A stretch of 63,562 nt of DNA, counting the filler, from Octopus bimaculoides (lineage: Eukaryota), in NCBI RefSeq assembly GCF_001194135.2. It is 8 parts of 7 records of this genome, joined end to end, with 100 filler letters (N's around TTAATTAATTAA, not from the genome) between each part and the next. Parts side by side here need not be neighbours in the genome. Positions count along the whole stretch, not along the records: positions 1 to 24,482 come from NC_069003.1; 7 more parts are not named here. One strand, given 5' to 3'. Every line of letters starts with the position of its first letter. Position 1 is the first letter of the stretch. The position numbers and the translations under genes were made by a program. Shown here one piece after another: positions 1 to 12,364 of this stretch. The notes under the pieces were generated by a model, which saw only the letters and a program-made list of their open reading frames with translations, had not been told where the DNA came from and did not search any database.

Positions 1-745
1 ATAAGTATTATCAAGTACTGGGGTCGATGTTATTGACTCCCTCCACACACATACACGGGCAAAGGGTTAACTTCTAATTAAATTTTTAGCAATATTTTCC
101 CGTAAACTAGACATCAACCAGTGTTAAGCTCAACCATCTTTTTTTCCATTTTAAACGCTCCATTCCTTTACGTTTGTGAATACGGATTAAAAAAAAAAAC
201 ATTGAAAGTCCATCCCCACCTCACTCCTCAATTATACGACGAAACTTTTGACTACTTTCAGACAATTACCTTTACGCTTGACCGAACACTTCTTGTTGCT
301 TTTTTTTTTATACATTCAGATCACTTGGTAAATATCACTTTATGTGTTGTCCGTAACAACCAGCCAACTAAAGGCATTATTTTAATTAAACAGATCTCAC
401 TCTCTGTCAGCTTGAAACAGCCGAATGGCTACGTCATGTAAATGACAATTCGAAACTTTAACACTCTACACAAAGACTCGAACAAACGAACAACAGCTGT
501 TATTGTGGTTTATACCCAGGTTAACTCTAACCGAGCAGGTCTATGATGAAATGCATTCTTCTTATGGCCATTGCGTCTATCCTTTCCATCACCAAGATAG
601 TCAGCTTTGATGTGATGAAAATTTGACTGTTAATTCTAGCAGTTCGAGTTGCTACGTTTGTTTAGATATGAACACTTTCTGTTTACTGAAGGGGGTTAGT
701 AAGTGCTTTTCTGTTGCTGTGAAACAATGGCTGTACGTGATTCAT

Positions 746-1118
746 CACAGGCGTGGCTGTGGGATAAGAAGTTTGCTTCTCAATTAGATGGTTCCGGGTT
801 CAGTTCCACTGCATGACACCGTGGGCAAGTGCCTGCTACTATAGCACCGGACTGACCAAAGCCTTGTGAGTAGATTTGGTAGGCGGAAACTGAAAGAAGC
901 CCGTCGTATATGTTACATATATTTGTGTCTGTGTTTGTCCCCCTACCATCACTTGACAACCGGTGTTGGTGTGTTTGTGTTCCCGCAGCTTAGCGGTTCG
1001 GCAAAAGAGTTCGATAGAATAAGTACCACTATTGGGGTCGATTCATTCGACAAAAACATCTTCAAGACGGTGCCCCAACATGGCCGCAATCAAATGACAA
1101 ACAAGTAAAGGAATAAAG
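746..1118 (+). mobile_element. SINE family A (tRNA-like head, central TA/TG tract, GACTGAAACAAGTAAAAG tail), near full length
   Basis: A-box/B-box-like head GGCGTGGCTGTG(T)GG...GGTTCAGT(T)CC; more than 12 copies in the window. Confidence 0.8.
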
Positions 1119-1124
1119 ATAGCC

Positions 1125-1420
1125 ATCTATCCGCCCGTCCATCCATCTTCTCTGTCCTCTACTCCAGGGAGGATTGTTGGGGGTAGAGTTTTGAGGCACA
1201 TCCTGCTTAGGGTCCTATCAGAAGCAGATTCCCAACTGAGACTATGTATATTACCCAACCATCTCGTTCTTGGTCTACTCGTAGGTGTCTTGTCGGTCGA
1301 CATGGCTTGAGCTATCCGCCTTGCGATTCTTTCTAGAGAGGTTCTAACCGTATGATCGTAATACCGGAGCTGTGATCTCTCAGTGCAGAGAAATATCGGC
1401 TTGACCAGGAGAGACTCCTA
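1125..1420 (-). mobile_element. LINE (RTE-like) 3' end with GATG-type tail
   Basis: Minus strand gives RIARRIAQAMSTDKTPTSRPRTRWLGNIHSLSW (RPRxRW C-terminal motif) followed by a short tandem tail. Confidence 0.55.
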
Positions 1421-2384
1421 CGTTTCCAAGAAAGAAGACAGGAACAGGATTCAAGAAGTATAATACTACGGTACATACATACACACACATATATAGAGTG
1501 GATCAAGGATTAAGACTATTAAAGTGGTGTTGTTGTTGTTGGTGGTGGTGGTGTTGGCGGCGGGGGTCATAATTTGGAAACAGGAAATCTCACAAGAGTC
1601 GAGATAAATAGTTATTCATACTCAGGATAAAAGAGATCGTTTAATGTTTAATCCTTTCGTCTTTACTTCGGTCGGCCTCGCACACACGCACGCATGCATG
1701 CGCGAACACACATACACAAATACACACCTTGACATGCGCACACGCTTATGGCATTCAGAAAATTACTGTACACTTTTCTGAACGAAACTTATTTTATCAG
1801 GATCCACTTTAAACGAAGAACTGATAAAATTAGACGGGTCCAAGCTTGTATTTCAACAATTTGTATAAGCCCTTTCAATAATCTCTCTCTCTCTCTCTCT
1901 CTCTCTCCTCTCTCTGTCCCTCCCTCTTTTCTCACACACATGCACTCTCTCCCTCACTCTCTCTCTCTCTCTCTCTCTCTCACACATACAAATTCCATGT
2001 TGTGACATGTATGCTAATAAGAATATAACAACAGTTTAATTTTAAAAAACGATATATTAACTGTATATGTGATACAATAACGATATATTTGACACAATAT
2101 CTAAATAGCTCATCCATAATGATACGATAACGATATACAGGATGTCCATAAATTATCTTTGCAATTTGGAAAATTCAGAAAAAAGAATTGAGGATAACTC
2201 AGCAAAGTTTATTGGAAAATATAGGCAAGCAGATAAAGTTTTATTAGAAGCACCAGAACACTTCTACGCGGATTCCATTGGTTGCACGTAATCTGCCGCG
2301 TTATCCCTTTCTTTTTCTGAATTTTTCAAATTGTAAAGGTAATTTATGGAAACCCTGCTAAAGCCATATTTAGTGCAATACCAA

Positions 2385-2750
2385 TGAAGGCCGCGTGCTG
2401 GTGGAATCGTTACTGTGCCGGGCAAACCATTTAGCGGCATTTGGACCGTCTTTTCGTTTTGGATCCTAGTTCCGCCGAAGTCGACTTTGCCTTTCATCCT
2501 TTTGGGGGCAATGAAATAAGTACAAGTTGAACACTGGGGTCGATGTAATCGGCTTACCCCCTCCCCCGGAACAGCTGGCCTTGTGCGAAAATTTTAATCC
2601 TATATATTTGGTACAATAAAGACGGCGTGATGGCAAAATCGTTACCGCGCCGGGCAAAATGCTTAGCGGCGTTTCGTCCGTCTTTATGCTCTGAGTTCAA
2701 ATTCTGCGGAGGTCGACAATGCCTTTTATCCTTTCCGGATCGATGAAAAG
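2385..2750 (+). mobile_element. SINE family B (GAGCTGGCAGAATCGTTAG...GAGTTCAAATTCCGCC head), tandem copies
   Basis: tRNA-like B-box GAGTTCAAATTC and conserved GTCGACTTTGCCTTTCATCC body. Further copies near 1-60, 6820, 8290, 12465, 22640(-), 25165, 25445, 34995(-), 45745, 47355(-), 58015(-), 58500(-), 59125(-). Confidence 0.75.
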
Positions 2751-2785
2751 ATCTTTTCAATCTCAGTCACGAGATTGAAAAGATC
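2750..2785. repeat. Perfect hairpin, 15-bp stem and 6-nt loop
   Basis: gatcttttcaatctc-agtcac-gagattgaaaagatc. Confidence 0.95.
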
Positions 2786-4406
2786 CGTTAATTGTATATG
2801 ATACTGTAAAAAAAAAAAGAAAAGAAAAAGATACAGAAAGTGTTACGGAAATATTTGCAGATGTATTTCAGTTCAAGACGTGACATTGGCTAATGTAATT
2901 GCGATGTACAATTTTTTGTTAAGAAGGCTAAGAGAAAAAGATGTTTTATATGACACATTCTACCAGTGTCCCAAGTTTGGAAGTGTTTCGTTAAGAAAAC
3001 AAGTGTTGCCCGTCAAACCAAAACGATCCTGAATATACTATATCTAGAAAGAAACGAGATGGTCACGGCAAATACCTTTAATCTTTATTGTCCACCGGGA
3101 GCTAAACACAGAAATGGACAGAACAACTGATGGGATGAGTAATGCGATATGGTTTTACATAAAATGTGACTTTAAAAATTAAATTAAATATTTNNNNNNN
3201 NNNNNNNNNNNNNNNNNNNNNNNNNNNNNNNNNNNNNNNNNNNNNNNNNNNNNNNNNNNNNNNNNNNNNNNNNNNNNNNNNNNNNNNNNNNNNNNNNNNN
3301 NNNNNNNNNNNNNNNNNNNNNNNNNNNNNNNNNNNNNNNNNNNNNNNNNNNNNNNNNNNNNNNNNNNNATCTATTTTGTGTTATAGAACAGAAAAAAAAA
3401 TTTGTATTCGGATTTATTTCATGTAATAACAATACAGAGACAATACAAATGAAGCAATGATCAAGCCATGCTCCAACACCACAAGCCCCGATCTATCGCT
3501 GGTACCTTTTTTTTTTCGTCTATTCACACGGTTCCTTGCACGCACAACACTCGTGCAACATGCTCCCATCTCTTTTGGAACGGACACTCCAGCAGACATC
3601 TCTTTTCCAGCCACACCTTCCTTTTCAAATGAAAAGTAAAAAATGATCGCACGCACACACACACACACACACACACATACATACATACATACATATATAC
3701 GCACGTACATACATATGTACGTACGTACAAATATACATACACATACGCGCATGCATATAAATACACACATACACTAACATACATATACATACGCACACAT
3801 ACATGCATGAACCCGCTCACGCACACACACACACACATACGCATACATGCATGCATGCATGCGTGCATACATACATCCATACATACACACACACACATAC
3901 ATACGCACATACATACATACGTACATACATCCGTACTTACGTACGTAAGTACGTACAAGAATGACATGTTATTTTATAAATCTATTTATCTATAAAATGT
4001 TGAACTGATGTTAAAAAACTTAGTGAATTTTTTTCATCTTTAATCTCGTCCTTCAAACAAATGGCGTGAAACGTCTGCTAACTCCTGCTGCTACAACTTG
4101 TTATTCAAGTTGATATTTCCCTTCATATAACTAAATGACGGTTATGTAAAAAATAAAATAAAATATGTAAGGTTTTTGAAGTAAAGGGGAAAACTATCGG
4201 TTTACAAGCTGAAAAACCGTGAACTTTATCACAATACCTTTTAACTATGAGTGAGATATCAGTTTCTAATCTTTTGAACGTTTATTAAATCCTTTACACA
4301 TATGTATGTGAATGTGTGTGTGTGTATGTGTGTGTGCATTTACATATATGTATATATATATTTACATATAAGTAGTTATTTAAACTTACACTTATACTTA
4401 TGTATA

Positions 4407-4498
<92 letters not shown>

Positions 4499-4928
4499 TG
4501 CACACACACACACACATATATACACATGCATATGTATATGCATATATATATATATATATGCATGTATGTATGTATATATATATATATACATACACACACA
4601 TGTATATATATATATATATATAACATTACCGGAAATACATATATCTTCATAGGTTCATTTAATTTTATCTCACACACTCTCATAAAATTTTTTTTTTAAT
4701 CTTACATCTGTGCAACTATGAATACACATTAGGTTGGTTGCTTGCTGGTATAGAATGGTAGTATGTGTATGTGGAGCGCTAAATAATATCAAATGCTGAT
4801 CAATTTTCTTTGGAGAATTTCTAGACAGATTTCCCTAAAACAACTGAGCCAAGTTGAATTTAAGTTCCATTTGTTATTTTCAATAAAAATCGTTTGGAAA
4901 AAATTGGATTTGAAACATGTGTAACAGA

Positions 4929-5053
4929 TCACTTTCCAGATTCGATCTTAAAGCATTTCAGTCTGAGACAAAATCCAGATATTGCTATTATTACCATATT
5001 TGGTAATATTAGCATAGCTAGCAATAGGACACCCATGCAGTTATCCAACATAC
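4929..5053 (-). other. Possible terminal exon or small ORF with one hydrophobic helix (MLDNCMGVLLLAMLILPNMVIIAISGFCLRLKCFKIESGK*)
   Basis: 40-codon open frame after a CAG; a hydrophobic run of about 22 residues followed by basic residues. Weak acceptor, no recognised homology. Confidence 0.2.
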
Positions 5054-5329
5054 CTGTTGATATATATTGCAGATAATTATATTTGAACAAACAAGGTGCA
5101 TTTTATGTGGCACCAACATTAGAGTGGTTGTCATGTTTTTGCCAAGATTAAAGGGTCCTCTTGAACCTATGGTAGCTCAAGATGGAGTGAAAAGAAGAGA
5201 AGAGAGAGAAAGAGAGAGAGAGAGAGTAATGACATAGGAAGAAGTGAGTGAGAGAAACAGTAAGGGAAAGTAGTACCACTATGCATGTGAGCAAAAGTAT
5301 TGTCTTCCTTTGCAAAGTATTATGAGTGA

Positions 5330-5640
5330 AGATGCGTGGCTTAGTGGTTAGGGCATCTAGCTCACGATCGTAAGGTCATGAGTTCAATTCCCAGCGACAT
5401 GTTGTGCCCTTGAGCAAGACACTTTATTTCACACTGCTCCAGTCCACTCAGCTGGCAAAAATGAGTAGCATCTGTATTTCAAAGGGCCTGCCTTGTCACA
5501 CTTTGTGTCACGCTGAATCTCCCTGAGAACTACATTGAGGGTACCAAAGCAGACTCTGAAGCATGTGTGAGTTCTTGAACACATCAGATCCTGTAAAATC
5601 ATCCAACCCATGCCAGCATAAAACATGGACTTTAAAAGAT
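5330..5640 (+). mobile_element. SINE family C variant ending in an RTE-type tail (CCCATGCCAGCAT...)
   Basis: tRNA-like head GCGTGGCTTAGTGGTTAGGG...GAGTTCAATTCCC; tail shared with the RTE LINE 3' end. Confidence 0.7.
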
Positions 5641-5748
5641 GAAAATGATTCTCCCATCTATACTTTGGTCAGTAGAGAATGGTGAAGTCTATGTTTTACA
5701 GATATCCTTTTAATTCAGTTCTTGGAATTGCCACCGAGATGACACTGA

Positions 5749-5781
<33 letters not shown>

Positions 5782-6195
5782 CTTGGAGAGTTAGGGCTTG
5801 CCTATATACAGGTGTCAAGGTTGAGTCCAGTGGACTCAGCAGAAGAAACTTTTATGGCACAACAGAAAAGAAGGTGGCTGCACAATATATTTTGAAGTGC
5901 AGAAAGCACACATAAGACATCTTGGTTATCCACTGCATCTATTTCTATTTCTAGTTGTCTTTATCTGGTGTTATCACTGGATTAAAGATAGACACAGATG
6001 AGAGAGAGAGAGAGAGCGTGAGGTTTATAGTACACAACTCTTCACTGCACTGGCAGACTTGGAACTAGACTTGGGAACAACAGTGACTAAGAAGTGGTTC
6101 CACATTCCTCAAAACCCTAAAACTCTCGAACCCAGGCCCCTCTGCCGGATGCAGTTTAAAGTCACACCCAGCTCACATACACACACAAATACACC

Positions 6196-6226
<31 letters not shown>

Positions 6227-8220
6227 GAAGATCTATTGGGGAAACTTAGTCATTGCACAAGCCAGCAGTCATCCTTAAGGACGACTGTATGGTCCTTGTC
6301 ATTCGGACGGATGAACAGGATGTATGCATGTATGTGTGCATGTATATCTTTGTCTGACATCAGTGAAAGATGTAAATAATAGCAAAGAAACAATAAATAA
6401 ATCTGTACTTTCAAACAAACAAACAAATATTTTGGTGGTATTTGTTCTGTCTGTGTTGCAATGGGTGCTCCTCTGTCGTTTTTTGCCATCATAAATGCAC
6501 TGAACCAATTATTGGCTTGTCAGAAAGCTGCAACCACCAACCAACAATGATATTGTTCATAAAAATGTAAAAATTAAAAAAGAGAAGAAGAAACAGACAA
6601 TAATATCACACAATCTTATTCCTTTTCTATAAATTAATGGTGTGTATTTAAGAAACCAATTATTAACAATTTATTCTGAAAATAGAATACTTCTTTTCTT
6701 TGACATTTAAATGATTCTTTCCAACATAAAAAAAATCCTATTTCATTCAGTCATCTTTTAATGCCAGCAAAGTCATTAGACGGTTGGGGTGGGATGTAGG
6801 GTAGGGGTGGGGGAGTTGTTAGAGCCTGGGCCAAAATACTTTGCGGCATTTGTTCCAGCGCTCTACGTTCTGTGTTCAAATCCTTGCAGAGGTCAAATTT
6901 ACCTTTCATCCTTCGGGGCTTGATATGTGCCAGTTAATTACTGCCATTTATATAATCAGATATACTCCTACCTAAATTGCCCATCATATGTATGTACGTA
7001 TGTGTCTTTGTGTTTGTCTCATGCCATAGCTTGACGACTGGTGTTGGTTTGTTTACATCCTCGTAACTTAGTGGTTCAGCATTAGGAGTTGACAGAATAA
7101 GTACCGAGCTTTAATTAAAAACATAAGTACTAGGGTCGATTTATTTGACCAAAACCCTTCAAGGTAATGCTCCAGCATGGACATAGTCCAAAACAATAAG
7201 AAGATAAAATGTCTGAAAAAGAAAACCAAGCTGGTCAAGGTTGGATTGTCTGTGATCATGGATTTCTTTGATCAGGGCTCCCTTGAAGCTGAACAATAGC
7301 AATAACAGAAACAATTGGCTGTTTCTTGATATGAGATTACTTGACTTGCTAGAAAAAGCAGCTAGGTAAGACCTAGAAAAGGAAGGGCTTATTGAAATCC
7401 AAGACGAATAAAAGTCAGATGGCTAAGAGCTGCATTATCTTTGATCATAGGTTTGAACGACCTAGGGTTAAACAACAACAACAACAGCAACAACTGCTGC
7501 TGCTATTACTACTATGATTACTACTGCTGCTGCCACCACCACTACTACTATTACTACTATTAAGACTATCACCACCACCACTACTACTTTTTGGAAACTG
7601 AACCTGCAGTAAACATATTTTGATATGAGTAAGGCATAAGTGAATGGTGATTCAATAGTACTGTGAGTCAATAAGTTGTTGTGAGTCAATCAATCAATGG
7701 CTTTTATTGATCTTCAGAAAAAGCAGCAACAACAACGACAACAACAAAAAAACATGATAAATAGAGCAGAATCAATGAACTGTTTTCAGTCTCAACTGAG
7801 GTGTATCCATCAGGGATTAATATGACTTATTTTATTCTAGAAGTGATAATGAGTCTTATCCAGTTGACTCACAAAATGAAGCATTTACTAACACACACTC
7901 TCTAGAATGTAATGCACAGAAGCATTGACTCCATCATATCATCATGGCAAATACAGCATGTCTTAGGCATTTTAACCCCCCTTTAGCTTTTAAACTGGCC
8001 GTATCTGACCTGAAATATCCTACCTGTTTTATGTTTAATGAAACTGGCCAAATCCAGCCTCTCACACCTACCCTACAATGTCATTATAAAAATTTGCTTC
8101 CCAACCACATGGCTCTGGATTCAGTCCCATTGTGTGGTACCTAGGGCAAGTGTCTCCTACTATAGCCCTGGGCCAACCAAATCTTTGAGAGTGGATTTGG
8201 GAGACAGAAATTGAAAGACT

Positions 8221-8255
<35 letters not shown>

Positions 8256-8368
8256 TATATACATATATACATACATATATATATATATATGGTGAGCTGG
8301 CAGAAATGTTAGCATGCCAGGCAAAATGCTTAGCGGTATTTCATCTGTCTTTGCGATCTGAGTTCAAA

Positions 8369-8553
8369 TTCAAGTTCGACTGCTATTTCTAGCAGAATAA
8401 GTAATCACATAGAGCAGGCATGAGCAACCATTTTTTGAAAAGTGGGCAGCATGAGACATGGTTCAAGTTTGACTGCTATTTCTAGCAGAATGAGTAATCA
8501 CAGAACAGGCATGAGCAACGATTTTACAAGAAGTGAGGCTACATGAGATATGG
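8369..8553. repeat. Two-copy tandem duplication (about 93 bp) of a SINE core segment
   Basis: ttcaagtt(c/t)gactgctatttctagcagaat(a/g)agtaatcaca... repeated at 8369 and 8462. Confidence 0.85.
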
Positions 8554-9034
8554 ATGACCATCATGCAAGCTCCAATACTAAAATATTTCAAGGTAATATT
8601 CTTAGGTGGAGCATTCAGGAGGTCCTATGGACCACAGGTTTTGTTTGCCTATAGAACTAAGATAAAGACTCTTTTATCGATCCAACTGGTGTAATGTTGA
8701 CTGGCAGCCAGGAAAAACAAGGAAGGAGGAAGGAGTCGATGTTTACTGAAGCAGAACACGTGGTGTATGTGACAGTTTACGGTTGGACGATTAAACAGCT
8801 GTAACCATTTATTTTAATAGAACAAGTTAAAACAAAATTAGACACAAGTGCAGTGTTAATGTTGATGTTTAGCATTAGGTGAATGTTTTACTGTGTGTGC
8901 GTGTGTGTGAACATTTTAGTGTATGTGTTTGTGTTTTAGTGTGTGTGTATGTGTGAGAGAGAGAGAGAGAGAGAGAGCATGTGGGTGTGTATTTTTGTGT
9001 GTATGAACGTTTTAGTGTGTATATTTCCTTCTGT

Positions 9035-9408
9035 ACTCTCTTACTTGTTTCAGTCATTTGACTGCGGCCATGCTGGAGCACCGCCTTTAGTCGAGAAAAT
9101 CGACCCCAGGACTTATTCTTTGTAAGCCTAGTACTTAGTCTATCAGTCTGTTTTTGCCGAACCGCTAAGTTACGGGGATGTAAACACACCAGCATCGGTT
9201 GTCAAGCGATGGTGGAGGGACAAACACAGACACACAAACATACATACATATATACGACGGGCTTCTTTCAGTTTCCGTCTACCAAATCCACTCACAAGGC
9301 TTTGGTCGGCCCGAGGCTATAGAAGACACTTGCCCAAGGTGCCAAGCAGTGGAACTGAACCTGGAACCATGTGGTTGGTAAGTAAGCTACTTATCACATA
9401 GCCACTCC
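9035..9408 (-). mobile_element. SINE family A, full length
   Basis: Reverse complement of 746-1118. Confidence 0.85.
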
Positions 9409-10769
9409 TTCTGTGTCTATTTTAGTCTGGGAGGGAGACAGAGTGTGTGTGTGTGCATGCATGTGAGAGTTTGAATCTAGCTAAAGTCCAATTTGCTTTT
9501 TCATCCTTTTGAGGACTGATAAAAAAAAAAGTACCAGCTTAGTGTGTGCACCACTTCCTCACATCAGCTGTTGCATCCTGGATATTCTGCTGGGTTAAGG
9601 GTGGGGTAGCTGACAGATGTCTATGGTCTGATGCTTGCCACTATATGACAACCTTAAACAATAAGTTGAAAGCTTGGTACATGCTTACCAAGTCATACTC
9701 ACAAGTGATACCTGTGGTTTACACCTATACCTCACTGGGTTATTGCATGGGATAATGTTATTGAAACCCAGATCATTATCCAATTTGTACTTACTTACCC
9801 ATATTTTTGCAGGGTACGATTTGATTGCTATTTCTAGCAGGTACACATTCGATACAAGTGAAGGTATATTGTCTAGTGGTCAGGGTGTTGCACTCGTGAT
9901 GGATCTAGTCATGATTGCAAGGCCGTGGGTTTGATTCCCGAGCTGGGTGTATGTTGTGTTCTTGAGCAGAACGTCATCTCATATCACTTCACACAATGAA
10001 GTCAATACCTGACATGTGATACTCTGTGCATCTGTACTGAAAAAAAAAACGTCTGTTTGATGGAGGATGTATGCTAATGTACAGCAAGAAATTGTAGAAC
10101 ATCTTTCTTGGACTTGAGAGACTACAGTTATTATACAAATGATGCAAAGCAGTGTTTCTCAGACTATTTTTTTTATTCATGCCTCTCTATGATTTGGTTG
10201 ATAGAAACTAAACAAGCCTGGTATATGTATAAATACATACATATATAAAATTATAATTAAGGGAATCTAAGAGATACTACCATGCTAGAGATAGCAGTCA
10301 AAACTTGACTCAAAAACCACATCATGACTGCTATCTCTAGCATGGTGGTATTTCTTAGATTCATTTGTTACTTACATCCCAATCTAAAGCAACACTCACA
10401 TCCCACCCCAAGAAAGATTGACACAGAAGAGTTATATATATATATATATATATATATGATGGGCTTCTTTCAGTTTCCATCTACCAAATCCATTCGCAAG
10501 GCTTAGGTCAGCTGGAGGCTATGAAGAAGACACTCGCCCAAAGTCCCAAAGTGCCACACAGTGGGACTGAACTCAGAACCATGTAGTTGGGAAGTGAACT
10601 TCTTACTCATACAGCCACACTGAAGGTCTAATTTGAAGAAGACTTTGCTGCTATTTCTAGCAGTTGAGTCACCACATGGAGGTTTGAACCATAGTTTGAA
10701 GAGGATCAAATAAAAACAAACGGAACAAAAAAAAAAAAAATGAAATGAAATAAAACCAAAACACAAATG

Positions 10770-10796
10770 TTTATTTTCCTGTATTAAATTTTTAAT
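10770..10796 (-). terminator. HYPK polyadenylation signals: ATTAAA (10791-10796) and AATAAA (10770-10775)
   Basis: Both hexamers lie within 40 nt of the stop codon and are followed on the minus strand by a GU/U-rich tract. Confidence 0.6.
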
Positions 10797-10805
10797 TAGT
10801 TTAAG

Positions 10806-10901
10806 TTAATTAGTCAAAGCTACTAATGCATCAACTATTCTGCCTTTATGTTCTCGAAGTTTTCTTTCAGCCATCATCCGACTTATTTCAAACTCTTCTA
10901 C
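10806..10901 (-). CDS. HYPK: HYPK coding exon 3, C-terminal UBA-like region (VEEFEISRMMAERKLREHKGRIVDALVALTN*)
   Basis: Pyrimidine tract plus CAG acceptor (10902-10904), phase 0, TAA stop at 10806-10808. Resembles human MTEMEISRAAAERSLREHMGNVVEALIALTN. Confidence 0.95.
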   Translation of the reverse strand, partial: VEEFEISRMMAERKLREHKGRIVDALVALTN

Positions 10902-11115
10902 CTGGAAAAGACAAAAAGCGCCATTAGGTCTTTAAATGCTAAAAGGTTAAAAGATTCGATCATTTCAAGTTCACAAAAGTACTTTTTCCCAAGAGCAAAC
11001 AGCCTCAACTAAATTCTCTCTCAAAACTAACCTTCTTATCATGGACCCTCACCTTGTTTAATGAATGGGGTCATATGGTGGTATTGTGATATATAGCATG
11101 TCTTAAGTACTTTAA

Positions 11116-11319
11116 CCCTTTAGCATTTAAACTGGCCATATCTGGTCCAAATACTCTACCTGTTTTACGTTCAAACTGGCCAGATTCAGCCTCTCACACC
11201 TACCCTACAATGTCATCTTAAATAAAAATAAGCAATCACCTTCATCAAAATCTTGAAGCAACAAGATAACACATGATTAATTCAAAACAATGTGGATGAA
11301 TAATCTGAATGCTGTAGGG
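11116..11319. mobile_element. piggyBac-like MITE (TTAA TSD)
   Basis: TTAA|CCCTTTAGCATT...AATGCTGTAGGG|TTAA; related partial copies at about 7972-8090 and 10930-10950. Confidence 0.7.
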
Positions 11320-11905
11320 TTAAACTTAGCAGAGCTCACTCCTTTGCAGGACTGACCACAAACAGGTTTCTTACATAGACAAAGAAGGAAGGAGGGAGGA
11401 AGGAAGGAAAAAAAGGAAAGGCGGGAGGAAGGAAGGAAAAAAGGAAAGGAGGGAGGAGGGAAGGGAGGAAGGAAGGTGAATCAGCCCTGGTTGATTGGTA
11501 GCTGATTTATCAGCTCCCAAAAGAATGGCATAGTTGACCTTGGTAGGATTGAACTCAGAATGCAGAGAGCTGAAATAAATACTTGACACTGCTTAAGTCA
11601 GTAGCCATCATTTCCCTATGTAGCCTCAACGAGCAAGTCACGCTCCATCTTTTAACCCAGCATGTACGATTGTCATTTATATAAATACATGCGCAGCTTA
11701 GCAGAGTAATCTCTCTTACAAACACACATTTACTGATGACTCACAATTGTCTCTCAGCTCGTTTGTACCTAACTCTGTTAGTGTTAATGTATTTAATAAA
11801 GAGAGGATAAAAAAGCTAATTTGACATGATTGTGTGATGAGACATAGACAACTAAAGTTAAGCTAAATGTTACCATATATAATATTACCATATTACCATA
11901 TTTAA

Positions 11906-12127
11906 CCCTTTTGTTATCATATTTCTGTTGAGATGCTCTGTGCTTCTTTCAATTAATTTTAAATATAACAACGGATTTAATAAAATAACTTAGTTATCAT
12001 TAAGCTAGTGTTAGGAACATAAATTGTTACTAAGGTCTGGTGGAAGGTTTTAATTCAGAACTTTAGAAAAGAAGATATTTGTACTACAGGGCCAGAGGTG
12101 GTTTCAAGCGGGTCGGTATCAAAGGAG
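11906..12127. mobile_element. Second piggyBac-like MITE family (TTAA TSD)
   Basis: TTAA|CCCTTTTGTTATC...GGTATCAAAGGAG|TTAA; related pieces at 12365-13281, about 14550 and about 62400. Confidence 0.65.
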
Positions 12128-12364
12128 TTAATATGGTAACAATGTTAGCATATTACAGAAAGTATTAAAATGTTAGCATATTTAATACAGATGATGGATA
12201 CTACAAAAAACATAAAAGCAAATAAATATATGGTCAGACACAGGCTGTTAAATAGTTTTGAGTTCATGTAAGCATATATAATGCGTGGTGCTTAAAAAAT
12301 AAAGCCAACTAGAGAAATAATTATGATAAGACAGAGATAATTAAATTAGAGATAACATACTTAA

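Noticed and set aside
749-830. tRNA-like sequences (also 5335, 18712, 43020, 44830)
   Set aside because: A/B-box-like heads run into SINE bodies and lack a complete cloverleaf; they are not tRNA genes.
3414-4699. Long ORFs rich in C/V/Y/M/I/H/T (also at 36083-36566, 39648-40022, 47443-48179, 51318-51999, 53401-54908)
   Set aside because: They are translations of (CA)n/(TA)n/(TG)n microsatellites or N runs.
7775-7820. Minus-strand CUGAUGG...GAAAACAGUUC
   Set aside because: The core is altered at several positions and stem II is not closed.
8690-8805. Protein-like 45-codon plus-strand frame (DSFIDPTGVMLTG...)
   Set aside because: Below chance-length expectation for this window, with a weak acceptor and no recognised motif.
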